Source: a bacterium (GTDB taxonomy: Bacteria > Zhuqueibacterota > Zhuqueibacteria > Residuimicrobiales > Krinioviventaceae). From it: a stretch of DNA of 64,000 nucleotides. This document shows positions 1-10,489 of this stretch, piece after piece. The notes beneath the pieces are model-generated. The model was given only the letters and a program-made list of their open reading frames with translations. It was not told the origin of the DNA and searched no databases. The first letter of the stretch is position 1, and each line of letters opens with the position of its first letter. Both the position numbers and the translations under genes were made by a program. The DNA is taken from NCBI GenBank assembly GCA_963693055.1, contig OY843751.1:1088001-1152000 (forward strand), in the 5' to 3' direction.

Positions 1-1
1 G

Positions 2-463
2 TATGTAAATGTTCGTACAGATACAGACGAAAAGAGCTCCCGAATCTCTCCTACATCTTTTTACCCTTTGATTGCTAAAATTCCAGATGAAGCAAGAGCG
101 AAAAAGATGGTTGAAACCCACTTGCTTGATCCACAAAAATTTTGGGGTAATTGGATAGTTCCATCAATCTCAAAAACAGACCAGGCATATAAAGATAACA
201 ATTACTGGCGTGGAAGAATTGTGGCACCCGTTAATTTCTTTTTGTATCTGGGGCTGGATAATTATGATATGGCCCAGTTCAAGACTGAATTGGCTGAGAA
301 ATCACAAGCTTTACTGGTGAACGGATGGTCTGAAAACGGTTGTATATGTGAAAATTTTAATGCTGAGACCGGTATGGGTAACGATATAGAATACAATAAA
401 AATTTTAATCTGTGCAGTGGTTTGCTGGGGTTGATTTCACTCATGAATGCCGGACAATTTTAA
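2..463 (+). CDS. Glycoside hydrolase, GH63/MGH1/trehalase-like, C-terminal part (5'-truncated by the window edge)
   Basis: Frame is open from base 2 (YVNVRTD...SPTSFYPLIA). The YWRGRI.APVN and CENFNAETG motifs fit the six-hairpin GH63-like C-terminus. Confidence 0.65.
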   Translation, partial: YVNVRTDTDEKSSRISPTSFYPLIAKIPDEARAKKMVETHLLDPQKFWGNWIVPSISKTDQAYKDNNYWRGRIVAPVNFFLYLGLDNYDMAQFKTELAEKSQALLVNGWSENGCICENFNAETGMGNDIEYNKNFNLCSGLLGLISLMNAGQF

Positions 464-584
464 ATTATAATAACGGTATTTTTATTTTCACACCATAGAA
501 TTTCATGTAAACAAAGATTATAATTGATTCGTCTTATTATTGAGTAGTGTTCAATACATGACGAGGTTATGTGCAGGATATTGA

Positions 585-1145
585 ATGGCGGACAAGGATA
601 AGCGACTTGTAAAACAGGCACAAAATGGAGATCGGTCCGCCTTTGGATTGCTGGTCAAGCGGTATCGTATGCAGGTACTCTATCTTGCATTTGATATTGT
701 AGGCAATTACGATGATGCACAGGATGTAGCGCAGGAAACATTTATTCGAGCATTTACGCGGCTGCATCAATATGAAGATCGTGCCAAGTTTTCAACCTGG
801 TTGTATCGTATAACGGTTAACCTTGCGTTGGATACACATCGTAAAAAAAAGCGCAGTCGTCAAGACGCACTGGACACCCGGGTACGTGAAGTTGAAGCTC
901 TGAGTATACGTGAAGAGTTTGAAGGCGCTCACCCGGATGAACGTGTTGAACAGAATGAACTCAGAAAAGTTCTGGAGGATGGATTAGATAAATTAACAGA
1001 GAACCAAAGAACTGCAACTGTGTTAAAGTATTTTCATCAAAAAACATCCAAAGAAATTGCCGAGATTATGGGTTGCGCTGAAAGTACGGTTAGAATTCAC
1101 ATTTACAGAGCTTTGCAGAATTTAAAAAATACGATCAATTATTAA
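585..1145 (+). CDS. ECF (group 4) RNA polymerase sigma-70 factor
   Basis: Region 2 (DAQDVAQETFIRAF, KFSTWLYRITVN) and region 4 HTH (SKEIAEIMGCAESTVRIHIYRAL). Confidence 0.95.
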   Translation: MADKDKRLVKQAQNGDRSAFGLLVKRYRMQVLYLAFDIVGNYDDAQDVAQETFIRAFTRLHQYEDRAKFSTWLYRITVNLALDTHRKKKRSRQDALDTRVREVEALSIREEFEGAHPDERVEQNELRKVLEDGLDKLTENQRTATVLKYFHQKTSKEIAEIMGCAESTVRIHIYRALQNLKNTINY

Positions 1146-1165
1146 GATAATTAGAGAAGATTATC

Positions 1166-1957
1166 ATGAGCACAAAATGTAAATACAGTCACCTGCTGCC
1201 CTTGTTTCTTGATGGAGGCATGTCTAACAGCGAGCATGATGAATTTACATCTCATCTTGATGAATGTAAAGATTGCTCCATGAGTTTAAACGGTTTGACC
1301 AGTATTGAACAGATGCTTGACCAATATAATCGAGAAGAACCTTCAGTAGAAATTCTTTACGCATATCAAACACGTTTAACTAAACATTTTCCAATAACTA
1401 ACAGGTTTGTAGCTGCCTGGCGACGTACTTTATACAGTTGGAACTGGATTTTGGATTATCATCCCCGGGTGATGACTGTAGCGCGGGCTGCGGCTTTTGT
1501 TTTTATTGGTGTTTTAATTGGAAGATTTGTATTTTATACTCCGGTAAATGAGCCAGAGATGTTGGCGTCTAGCGCTGAGGTCATGGTTCTTGCCCCGGAT
1601 TCCAAAGATGTACATCTGGTGAATGAATTTTTTACACAATCTGAGATTTTGCTGCTTGCAATTAAACATACAGATGAGAATTCTACCGCGCAGCAAACCG
1701 GTGATTTGAAATTTGAAAAACAGCTTGCTCAGAATTTATTGTTCAAATCTCAACAGCTGCAGGAAAATATGATTGTGCTGCAAGATCAGGAATTGAAAGC
1801 CTTTTTGGAAAAGCTTGAATTGGTACTGCTGGAAATTTCAAACACTGAAGATTCTGAAATACGTTATATATTTAGCGAGTTGAAAAAGATTATAAACAAT
1901 ACCAAAATGGTAAACCAGTCTAAACAGATTCAAAAGAAAATTGAGAAATTGATCTGA
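1166..1957 (+). CDS. Zinc-finger (zf-HC2/ZAS) transmembrane anti-sigma factor
   Basis: HLDECKDC (HxxxCxxC), one TM helix (AAAFVFIGVLIG), directly after the ECF sigma gene. Confidence 0.85.
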   Translation: MSTKCKYSHLLPLFLDGGMSNSEHDEFTSHLDECKDCSMSLNGLTSIEQMLDQYNREEPSVEILYAYQTRLTKHFPITNRFVAAWRRTLYSWNWILDYHPRVMTVARAAAFVFIGVLIGRFVFYTPVNEPEMLASSAEVMVLAPDSKDVHLVNEFFTQSEILLLAIKHTDENSTAQQTGDLKFEKQLAQNLLFKSQQLQENMIVLQDQELKAFLEKLELVLLEISNTEDSEIRYIFSELKKIINNTKMVNQSKQIQKKIEKLI

Positions 1958-2000
1958 AATAAATATACAGGCTTGTTAATAAACAGTCTTTGAGGTCTTT

Positions 2001-3569
2001 ATGAGAATACAATCCGTTCGTTTCACCCTTGTTCTACTGGCCATGATTTTTATTTCTGAATTGTTTGGAAATACGGGGGATGCCGTGCAGGATTTGTACT
2101 TTAATGCCAAGACCCGAACCATGGAACAGAAATGGGAACAGGCTATACAGTTGTACAGCGAGATTATTAAGCAATATCCTGACAGCAGATATTTTGATGA
2201 ATCACGATTCTGGATTGGGTATTGTTATGAAAAAAAAGAAGGGGGCCTTGAAAATGCATTTATGGCGTTTAATGAATTGTTAAGTGCTAATAAAAGCAGC
2301 TCATGGGCCGATGACGCTCTTTTGCATCAGATCTATATTTCTGAAAAGTTGTTTCATTCAGAAAATCCGGAATATCGTAATTTTTTGATTGGTAAACTCT
2401 CAGATCCGCAAATCAATGTACGAAATCAGGCTGCCCTGGCGCTTGCCAGAAACGGGCACAAAAGCGCGCTGCCGGTATTAAAAGATATCCCCAAAGATGA
2501 AGATTCTTTTGAAGAAGCCCAGATTTTGATCAGAGAGATTGAGAAAAATGCAGGACAAGAATCCGGTGTTGCGGCAACAGTACGGGATGAGTTGGTTATT
2601 GATCAGAAAGCCCCGAATCCCAGTGTTACATTAAAGGCGGATGGCCACCGTATTGGTTACTTTGCCAAACAACGGTTTGCCCAGTATCAAAATTTGACCA
2701 AAAAAGAGGATGTCTGGTCTCAGGAAGAATTGATTGATTTTGGATTGTGGCATATACTACGAGCGGATATTTTTGATTATTACATCATGCTAGACAGCGT
2801 GGGCAAAGAGAAATTTATGCGTAAGCTCTGGCTTACTAACGATCCTACTCCCACAACAACATTAAATGAAGCCCAGCAGGAATTTTACCGAAGAATTAAA
2901 TATGCACGTGAGCATTATTCCTATTTTGATAATTTACCCGGGCATTATTATGCTCCCTGGGATGCAAGGGGAGAAGTATATATAAAGTATGGAACACCTC
3001 ATTCCATCAAAATTCGGGGTATGGAAGAATTGTGGTATTATCCTGAGCATAACCATCTTCAATTTATGGTGCGCCGCTATGTAACCAATATTTTTGGCCG
3101 CGCTATATTTACACGTTATGGAACGCGATGGGGCATGTGGGCTGATCCGCAAAAGATTGATCCTGAATCTTTTGAATTGATTTACAAGCCTGTGTTTGTT
3201 TATAAATTTGAAGGTCCATTCAAAGAATTGGAAGACTTGCAAACCACAGTCAAGATGGATGGCGGGTATCCTACTTTGCATTATACAATACCGGCAAAAT
3301 CATTTAAAATTCAAAAGGATGATTCAGGTTATTACATTGATTATATTGAAAGATATGCTATTTACAACAGTGAATACTTGCAGGTTAAAACAGAAGAAAC
3401 CCCCAAACGTCTTACGGGTAGTAAATATGAATTAAAAAATATGACCATAGAACAGGATGTTAAAATGGAACTGGGACCCGGAGATTATTTTATGGGTATT
3501 CGTCTTGAAGATAAAGCTGCAAAAAAACGAGCTGTAAGTAAAATGAATTTTAAAGTGAAAAATTTTTAG
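2001..3569 (+). CDS. Exported TPR/HEAT-repeat protein with GWxTD domain
   Basis: Signal peptide, BamD-like TPR (YPDSRYFDESRFWIGYCY), HEAT repeat (DPQINVRNQAALALA) and GWxTD-like block (DPTPTTTLNE...RRIKYA...PWDARGEVYIKYGTP). Confidence 0.75.
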   Translation: MRIQSVRFTLVLLAMIFISELFGNTGDAVQDLYFNAKTRTMEQKWEQAIQLYSEIIKQYPDSRYFDESRFWIGYCYEKKEGGLENAFMAFNELLSANKSSSWADDALLHQIYISEKLFHSENPEYRNFLIGKLSDPQINVRNQAALALARNGHKSALPVLKDIPKDEDSFEEAQILIREIEKNAGQESGVAATVRDELVIDQKAPNPSVTLKADGHRIGYFAKQRFAQYQNLTKKEDVWSQEELIDFGLWHILRADIFDYYIMLDSVGKEKFMRKLWLTNDPTPTTTLNEAQQEFYRRIKYAREHYSYFDNLPGHYYAPWDARGEVYIKYGTPHSIKIRGMEELWYYPEHNHLQFMVRRYVTNIFGRAIFTRYGTRWGMWADPQKIDPESFELIYKPVFVYKFEGPFKELEDLQTTVKMDGGYPTLHYTIPAKSFKIQKDDSGYYIDYIERYAIYNSEYLQVKTEETPKRLTGSKYELKNMTIEQDVKMELGPGDYFMGIRLEDKAAKKRAVSKMNFKVKNF

Positions 3570-3645
3570 GAACTTGTTTGTGTTTATCTAGTTAAAACAC
3601 CATAGCTGGAAACGCAGGTATGCGTTGACTTGCTCTCCTTCCCTG

Positions 3646-3674
3646 AGCCCCGGAAAAACCGGGGCTTTTTTTTT
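3646..3674 (+). terminator. Rho-independent terminator
   Basis: agccccgg-aaaaa-ccggggct followed by a T run, between convergent genes. Confidence 0.85.
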
Positions 3675-3677
3675 ATA

Positions 3678-4790
3678 TCAAGACATTTCTAAAAGTGTAT
3701 GATACAAGTGGTGAAGTAACAGGCGATTGTCCAGAGACGCATATGTTACCCTGCCACCCATTCTGTAAAAGGATTTTAAAAAGCGCAGGTAATAATCTGG
3801 AGAGCTTTTAGGAGGCTCACCCTGTGACCAGTCCCATACTGATGCTTGAAGATCGTTAATAATGATTTCATGGTTCTGAACAATTTTACCTTCACGCAAA
3901 AGCATGTTGTTTGCAAAAGATACAGCCTTTTCAAACACCTGTGGTGCCATAATAGCAGAACCAACTGATAAAAACACACCATTTGACAGGTTTTTTACAG
4001 AGTGTACAAAACTGCCATAATCCAGATGAGCTCCACGTCCCAGGGCTGCGCCATTGGCAAAGGGATTGTTATATATAATATCATACCCAATTCCAGGATG
4101 TACAGTAACAGGTACATTTAAACGATACGCGTTACCAAAAATTGAAAACGCTTTATTCGGATGCAATACCGACTCTTTTCCACCTGACATGTTGAATGTT
4201 TTTAATGTATTGTATAATTCTGCTTTTGCTGGCAGTAATTCATCGTTATTGTCAATGGCCTTGCGAATGTCTGCTTCCAGTTCTTCAATAGTGGGCAAAT
4301 CAAGGGTATCTTCCTGGATCAATTTGCCAAGAGATTGACCATAGCCCATATTTTGTATTGCACCAGCTTGAACCGCAAGACTGATGTACTTGCCAGTTTC
4401 TTCCCAGGTTCCAAAGGTACCGGTTTTAACATTTGCTCTTACATCTTCTTCAGTTCTGCCAAAATATGCGAGTTCCCAATCATGAATGCTGCCCGCGCCT
4501 TGTGTTGAAACGTGAGTAATCCATCCCTTTTCCATCAAACGTACAACAATATGTGAAGCACCATTTTTCACTAGATGGGCTCCATATGCCATCATAATAG
4601 ATGCATTATTCGCTTTGGCTGATAGTATTTTTTCAGCAATAGGCGTTACCAGTTCTTTAATCTCTTTATTGGGGGCCGGTGGTGTATCCGGATCAATAGT
4701 GATAGCTTTAAGTTCTGATTTACTTTTTCTTTCTTTAACAGAAAGTACATTAATTTCTCGAGGTCCGATTTTGTCGTATGGCATTTTCAT
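3678..4790 (-). CDS. Conserved hypothetical protein, possibly deoxyhypusine-synthase-like fold
   Basis: 370-aa ORF. GAHLVKNG, GAGSIHDWE and SVGSAIMAPQVFEKA resemble DHS-like NAD-binding proteins. Confidence 0.5.
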   Translation of the reverse strand: MKMPYDKIGPREINVLSVKERKSKSELKAITIDPDTPPAPNKEIKELVTPIAEKILSAKANNASIMMAYGAHLVKNGASHIVVRLMEKGWITHVSTQGAGSIHDWELAYFGRTEEDVRANVKTGTFGTWEETGKYISLAVQAGAIQNMGYGQSLGKLIQEDTLDLPTIEELEADIRKAIDNNDELLPAKAELYNTLKTFNMSGGKESVLHPNKAFSIFGNAYRLNVPVTVHPGIGYDIIYNNPFANGAALGRGAHLDYGSFVHSVKNLSNGVFLSVGSAIMAPQVFEKAVSFANNMLLREGKIVQNHEIIINDLQASVWDWSQGEPPKSSPDYYLRFLKSFYRMGGRVTYASLDNRLLLHHLYHTLLEMS

Positions 4791-4932
4791 TCCTTTTTTG
4801 ATTATATGTGACTAAAATACTAAAAAAAATAATAGAATCAAATATTGAATTTTGTATATTATTCTTGATGTTGTCATATATTTTTTTCATAATGTTAATT
4901 ATCTGTTGATTTAAATGTTTTGGAGGTTTTAA

Positions 4933-5235
4933 ATGATTAAGCATATAGTATTGTGGCGATTAAAAGACCAGGCAGAAGGTGCTGATAGTGCGGAAAATGC
5001 AAAAAAAATAGTTCAGGCTTTGAGTACATTGAAATCAAAAATAAGTGAAATTGTTGAACTTGAAGCGGGTATAAATTATAATGAAACCGCCGCGGCCTTT
5101 GATGTTGCATTGTATTCTGTTTTTAAAACCAAACAGGATTTGGAAATATATCAAAAGCACCCCGAGCATGTGAATGTTGCACAAATGGTAAGTAAGCGCG
5201 TTGCGGAACGTGCAGTAGTGGATTATGAAATATAA
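4933..5235 (+). CDS. Dabb family (stress-responsive A/B barrel) protein
   Basis: MIKHIVLWRLK...YQKHPEH...VVDYE signature; RBS ggagg. Confidence 0.9.
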   Translation: MIKHIVLWRLKDQAEGADSAENAKKIVQALSTLKSKISEIVELEAGINYNETAAAFDVALYSVFKTKQDLEIYQKHPEHVNVAQMVSKRVAERAVVDYEI

Positions 5236-5244
5236 AGGTTAAAC

Positions 5245-6030
5245 ATGTTTAAAATTTTTCAGGTAGATTCGTTTACAAATAAAGCATTTCAAGGGAATCC
5301 TGCGGGGGTTTGTTTGCTGGATAAACCTATGGATACCGATTGGATGCAAAACGTAGCAATGGAAATGAACTTGTCAGAAACTGCATTTCTGTTAAAGGAT
5401 ACCGACAGTTACCGGTTACGTTGGTTTACTCCTGCAATTGAGGTGGATTTGTGCGGCCATGCCACATTAGCAAGTGCGCATATATTGTTTCAGGAAGAAT
5501 TGGTTTTTCCTGACAGTGTGATTAATTTTCAAACCCGAAGTGGGTTGCTAAAAGTCGCTCAGCAAGATGGTTGGCTGGAGATGGACTTTCCTGTTGATCC
5601 GGAAAGGCCGGTTGAGGTCGCACCCATATTGCAACAGGGGATTGGAGGTCCATTACCTCAATATACCGGCAAGAGTAAACGGTTTTATCTGTTTAGATTC
5701 AAGAGTGAAAAAGATGTTTTTGATTTAAAACCCGATTTTAATATGCTTGCAGATATTCCTGACAGTGAAGTGATTGTTACGGCTGTTTCTGATAATCCTG
5801 AATTTGATTTTGTGTCGCGATTTTTTGCACCCGGTATTGGAATAAATGAAGATCCGGTTACGGGTTCTGCACATTGCACATTGGGGCCCTATTGGCAAAA
5901 AGAATTGGGTAAATCACAGTTGACTGCGTTTCAGGCATCTAAAAGAGGTGGTTTACTAAAGCTGGATGTAGGAACGAAAAGAATTAAAATTAAAGGTCAG
6001 GCAATAACTGTTATTCGGGGTACAATTTGA
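5245..6030 (+). CDS. PhzF family isomerase
   Basis: QVDSFT..FQGNPAGV, NLSETAF, EVDLCGHATLA, EDPVTGSAHC. Confidence 0.95.
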   Translation: MFKIFQVDSFTNKAFQGNPAGVCLLDKPMDTDWMQNVAMEMNLSETAFLLKDTDSYRLRWFTPAIEVDLCGHATLASAHILFQEELVFPDSVINFQTRSGLLKVAQQDGWLEMDFPVDPERPVEVAPILQQGIGGPLPQYTGKSKRFYLFRFKSEKDVFDLKPDFNMLADIPDSEVIVTAVSDNPEFDFVSRFFAPGIGINEDPVTGSAHCTLGPYWQKELGKSQLTAFQASKRGGLLKLDVGTKRIKIKGQAITVIRGTI

Positions 6031-6102
6031 TTTTTAAGCAAAGACTGTGTTTGGGGGGATTATATTATTTCTAGAGCAAGTTGTTTACACGCTTGAATGG
6101 TA

Positions 6103-9100
6103 TCAACTTTCAATCTGTGCTTTGAATGCGGAATCCAGCACATCTCTTATTGCTTTTGCTATGTTTGACATGGTTAGAGGTTTTAAAATAAATTCCCTTA
6201 TTCCAATCTGTTTTGCTTTTTCTTGTGTTACAGATTCACTATAACCTGTACACATGATGATGGGGATGTCTGGTCTGATATTGAGTAGTTTTTTGGATAA
6301 TTCTGTACCTGTTAAATGCGGCATCGTATGGTCTGTAATTACCAGATTGAACTCGTCCGGATTTTGTTGAAACAATTCTAGTGCTTTTTCACTTTCTGTA
6401 AATGTTGTTACTACATATCCCAAACTTTCAAGGATTTGTTGATATAAAAGAACAATTTCTACCTCATCATCTACAAACAGGATATGTTCATTTCCTTTGG
6501 GTATTTTATCTGAAATTTTATTGTTAAATTTTTCAGCTTTTTCTGTATGCTGAGGAAAATAGATTTCAAAAGTAGTACCTACCTGAGGTGTACTTTTTAC
6601 CTGAATATCTCCACCATGACTCAGTACAATACCGTGTACAGCAGATAACCCTAGCCCTGTACCTTCACCCACTTTTTTGGTAGTAAAAAATGGTTCAAAA
6701 ATACGTGTAATGATGGTTCCATCCATGCCTTTACCCGTATCAGAGACCCTTAAAGACACGTACGGGCGGTTGGCTTGTAAATGGCTAAATTTGGCTGCTT
6801 CATCCTTGTCGAATACTTTATTTGATAAATGTATGCCCAGTGTTCCGCCATTTTCACGCATTGCATGAAAGGCATTTGTACACAGGTTCATAATGACCTG
6901 ATGAATTTGAGTAGGATCAGCCAACAAATAACCTGTATCTTTTTCAATTTTTACATCAATTTCAATAGTGCTTGGTAATGATGATCTCAAGAGGCGTAAT
7001 GCTTCATTGACCAGATTTTTGATGCTTACAGTTTCAAGACCTTTTTGTTCCTGTCTACTAAATGTTAATATTTGTTGAACAAGATCTTTGGCCCGTTTAG
7101 ATGCCTTTAATATTTTTTCAAGGTTTGATTTTAATATATCATTGCTTGTAACAAGATCAATAGACATTTCCGCATACCCGATGATGGGTACAAGAATATT
7201 GTTAAAATCATGTGCAATGCCGCCAGCCAAAGTACCAATTGTTTCCATTTTTTGGGCATGTCTTAACTGGGCTTCCATAATTTTTCGTTTTTCTTCTGCT
7301 GTAACCAGATCTGTAATATCCAGAACCGCTCCAATGGACCCGCTGAATTCTCCTTCATCATTATACATGGGAGATGAGGACGTACGGAAATATTTTTTTT
7401 CTCCGGAAGGATGTAGATAATTGAGTTCATAGGTTGTGTTGAGACCTTTTTTCTTTTTCTTTGTTTCTTCCATAATGATTTTATGTGTGCTTGGAGGAAA
7501 TATCTCTAATAGACTTTTGGTCATCAACTCATCTACCGGGTGCCCCAGTAATTCTGCAAATGCATTGTTAAGATACAAGAAATTTTCATGTTCATCGACA
7601 ATGCCAATACCTTCCTGAACGCCATTTAATACATTATCAAGAAATATTTTTTGTTCACGTAATTCATGTTCTATACGTTTTCTTTCTTTAATTTCTGATT
7701 CAAGGTTGTTATTAAATGACATTAATTCTGCATTTCTTTCCTTGATAGAACGGGTTTGTAATATATACATCCCCATAATTATGGATACAACAAGTGTTGA
7801 AAACAGAATTCTGAACCACATGGTCATCCAGAATGGGGGGGACATGATAACCCAAATGCTGCTGCCTTTTTCGTTCCATATTCCATCATTGTTGGATGCT
7901 TTGACATGGAATGTATAGTGGCCGGGATTTAAATTGGTATAAGTGGCAAATCTTCTGTTTCCGGAATAGATCCAATCCTCATCTACTCCTGCCATTTTAT
8001 AGGCATATTGGTTTTTATCAGATGCAAAATAATTCAAAGCCGCAAATTCAAAAGAAATGATCTTGTCATGATAAGATAGTTGGATCGTGTCTGCTGAAGT
8101 TATAGTGTGATCCAGTACTTTTTTATTATTTCTAATTTCTTTATGATTGATAGATTCATTAAGAATTTGAAAATCTGTAAACACTACCGGGGGTATAAAA
8201 TCATTTTTTTTGATTTTGGAAGGCGAGAACCAAATCAAACCACCAATTGAACCAAAATACATATCCCCATTTTCATTTTTAAAATGAGCGCCGGTGTTGA
8301 ATTCGTCATTAATTAATCCTTCTGTGTGGGTATAATGTACCATATCGTAAGTAATTGGATTTAATTTGATTAATCCTTTGTTTGTGCTGATCCATAGATT
8401 GTTTAATTCATCCTGTTCAATTCCATGGATAGCTTCTGTTCCGGTTTGATTGTTTTCAAGAATAGTAATAAATGAATCATTATCCGAATTGTATTTTAAT
8501 AGCCCGCCACCCCAGGTACAAATCCATATATTGTTGGAATTGTCTTTAAACAGGGATAATATATACTCGTTTTGTAAACTGTTTTTATTATTAGGATCAT
8601 GCTTGTAATTTCGAAATGTATCATTTTTATAATTATACCTGCTGATACCTCCACCCAAAGTACCTATCCAGAGCTCTCCACTGTCGGCTTCTATTATGGC
8701 TCCTACACGATCATAAACCAAACTATTGGGATTTTGAGGATTGTGATAAAAATGAGTGAATTTTTGGGTCTTTCTGTTGAATTTGTTTAATCCCTTTTCT
8801 GTACCTATCCAAAAATTATGGTTTAAATCTTCATAGATTGAATACACGCGGTCATGTGATATGCTGTTTGGATTTGAATCCTTGTGCCGAAATGAACTAA
8901 ACGTTTCATTTTTAGGATTATATTTATTTAAACCACCGGCACCTGTTCCTATCCAAATTTGACCTTGTTTATCTTCAAACACCTTCATAACCTGATTGTC
9001 GCTAATGGAGCCAGGTTTTTCAGGGTCATATTGGTAGTGTACAGCCTGTCTGTTTATAGGTTCAATTTTATTCAAACCACCGGCGTCTGTACCGACCCAC

Positions 9101-10281
9101 AATGTTCCATTTTTTTGTTGATGAATGCTCCACACAACATTGTCACTCAAAGAGTTTGATGACCAGGGAGAAAATGACATGCTGTTAAAATAGTTTCGGT
9201 TAGCATCTAGTTTTACTACACCTGTTCCTGTAGTGCCTAACCACAAAATGCCTGAATCATCAAGATAAAAGCTGGAAATTCTATTATTGGGCAGAGATGT
9301 ATATCTGTAATCATTGATAAAATATTGTTCCGCTTGCATCGTTTGGGGATTAATTAAATATATATCTCCAGGTTCATTAATGACCCATAAAATCCCTTCT
9401 TGAGAAGCCGCAATACCCACAATGCTGTTGCTCAGGTTTTTATGTTTTTCTACAGTGGGTAATTGAAAATGTTTAGCTTTGCCATTAATGTTATCAATTA
9501 ATATCAAACCCTCATTGGTGCCTACCCACAGGTTGTGATTAGAGTCCAGGAAATAGGATTTTATTATGAATTGTTCTAATGAAGCATTTTTTCCAACCAT
9601 AATTTGGGCTTGTTGAAATTGATTCAAGTCAGAATTGTAAATATAAATTCCGTGATTTTCAACACTTGTCCATATTTCACCAGTCTCTTCTACTAGAATA
9701 CTTTCTATTGTAATATTTTTTTCCGGAATATTTAAAAAGCTTATTGATTCATATTTTTTAAAATGTGTGTTGAATCGATAGATTCCTTTATTGTTTGTTC
9801 CAACTATTAAATCACCATTGGGTGTTTCTTTAATACAAGTGATTTTAAATCCCTGGTTGGGTTTTACCGAAGAGTCGGGAGGGGGTAGATAATGTTCAAA
9901 CGCATCCATTTTAGGGAAATAACGGTTTAAACCATTTTCTGTACCAATCCACAATGTTCCGTCCTGGCTTTTAAGTAATATATTGATAGCTTGATGACTA
10001 AGAGAGTTTTTAGGATCTTTTTTGTCGGGACGGTAGATCTTGAAATTGTAACCATCATACCGGTTTAATCCATCTCGGGTTGCAAACCAAATAAATCCCA
10101 AATCATCCTGAACAATACTATAAATATCACTTTGTGATAATCCATCATTAATGGAAAGAATTTGTATAGATGATGCTGTTACATTGTTAATATTTAATGA
10201 TAATAATATCAATAAAGTAATAAACAATTTATGCAGGTTTTGAGTAGTAAAATAAACAGATTTTTGAAAATTTGTCCACAT
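6103..10281 (-). CDS. Hybrid sensor histidine kinase (periplasmic Reg_prop beta-propellers, Y_Y_Y, TM, PAS, HisKA, HATPase, REC)
   Basis: Repeated LWIGT..GL blades, YTNLNPGHYTFHVKASN, GGIAHDFNNIL, GTGLGL, and C-terminal receiver (FVDDE, ITDHTMP, KP). Confidence 0.95.
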   Translation of the reverse strand: MWTNFQKSVYFTTQNLHKLFITLLILLSLNINNVTASSIQILSINDGLSQSDIYSIVQDDLGFIWFATRDGLNRYDGYNFKIYRPDKKDPKNSLSHQAINILLKSQDGTLWIGTENGLNRYFPKMDAFEHYLPPPDSSVKPNQGFKITCIKETPNGDLIVGTNNKGIYRFNTHFKKYESISFLNIPEKNITIESILVEETGEIWTSVENHGIYIYNSDLNQFQQAQIMVGKNASLEQFIIKSYFLDSNHNLWVGTNEGLILIDNINGKAKHFQLPTVEKHKNLSNSIVGIAASQEGILWVINEPGDIYLINPQTMQAEQYFINDYRYTSLPNNRISSFYLDDSGILWLGTTGTGVVKLDANRNYFNSMSFSPWSSNSLSDNVVWSIHQQKNGTLWVGTDAGGLNKIEPINRQAVHYQYDPEKPGSISDNQVMKVFEDKQGQIWIGTGAGGLNKYNPKNETFSSFRHKDSNPNSISHDRVYSIYEDLNHNFWIGTEKGLNKFNRKTQKFTHFYHNPQNPNSLVYDRVGAIIEADSGELWIGTLGGGISRYNYKNDTFRNYKHDPNNKNSLQNEYILSLFKDNSNNIWICTWGGGLLKYNSDNDSFITILENNQTGTEAIHGIEQDELNNLWISTNKGLIKLNPITYDMVHYTHTEGLINDEFNTGAHFKNENGDMYFGSIGGLIWFSPSKIKKNDFIPPVVFTDFQILNESINHKEIRNNKKVLDHTITSADTIQLSYHDKIISFEFAALNYFASDKNQYAYKMAGVDEDWIYSGNRRFATYTNLNPGHYTFHVKASNNDGIWNEKGSSIWVIMSPPFWMTMWFRILFSTLVVSIIMGMYILQTRSIKERNAELMSFNNNLESEIKERKRIEHELREQKIFLDNVLNGVQEGIGIVDEHENFLYLNNAFAELLGHPVDELMTKSLLEIFPPSTHKIIMEETKKKKKGLNTTYELNYLHPSGEKKYFRTSSSPMYNDEGEFSGSIGAVLDITDLVTAEEKRKIMEAQLRHAQKMETIGTLAGGIAHDFNNILVPIIGYAEMSIDLVTSNDILKSNLEKILKASKRAKDLVQQILTFSRQEQKGLETVSIKNLVNEALRLLRSSLPSTIEIDVKIEKDTGYLLADPTQIHQVIMNLCTNAFHAMRENGGTLGIHLSNKVFDKDEAAKFSHLQANRPYVSLRVSDTGKGMDGTIITRIFEPFFTTKKVGEGTGLGLSAVHGIVLSHGGDIQVKSTPQVGTTFEIYFPQHTEKAEKFNNKISDKIPKGNEHILFVDDEVEIVLLYQQILESLGYVVTTFTESEKALELFQQNPDEFNLVITDHTMPHLTGTELSKKLLNIRPDIPIIMCTGYSESVTQEKAKQIGIREFILKPLTMSNIAKAIRDVLDSAFKAQIES

Positions 10282-10489
10282 ATTTGGTTTTCTTGAGATT
10301 GGATTTCAAGTTTTATTTTTCACAAACAGTTGTTTTTTATTTAAATATGTGTTCTGTTTGTGTTGTAAATATTTTTTCAGTTTTTAATTAGCAATTATTA
10401 TTCCATGAATTTACAAGTTTAATCTTGATATTTTGAGAATTGTTTGATACTTTTTTTTATAATTGGAACTATTTAAGAGTAGAGGTAAA

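Noticed and set aside
3590-3645. Possible small RNA before the 3646 terminator
   Set aside because: No clear promoter or known fold; the simplest reading is the 3' UTR of the GWxTD gene.
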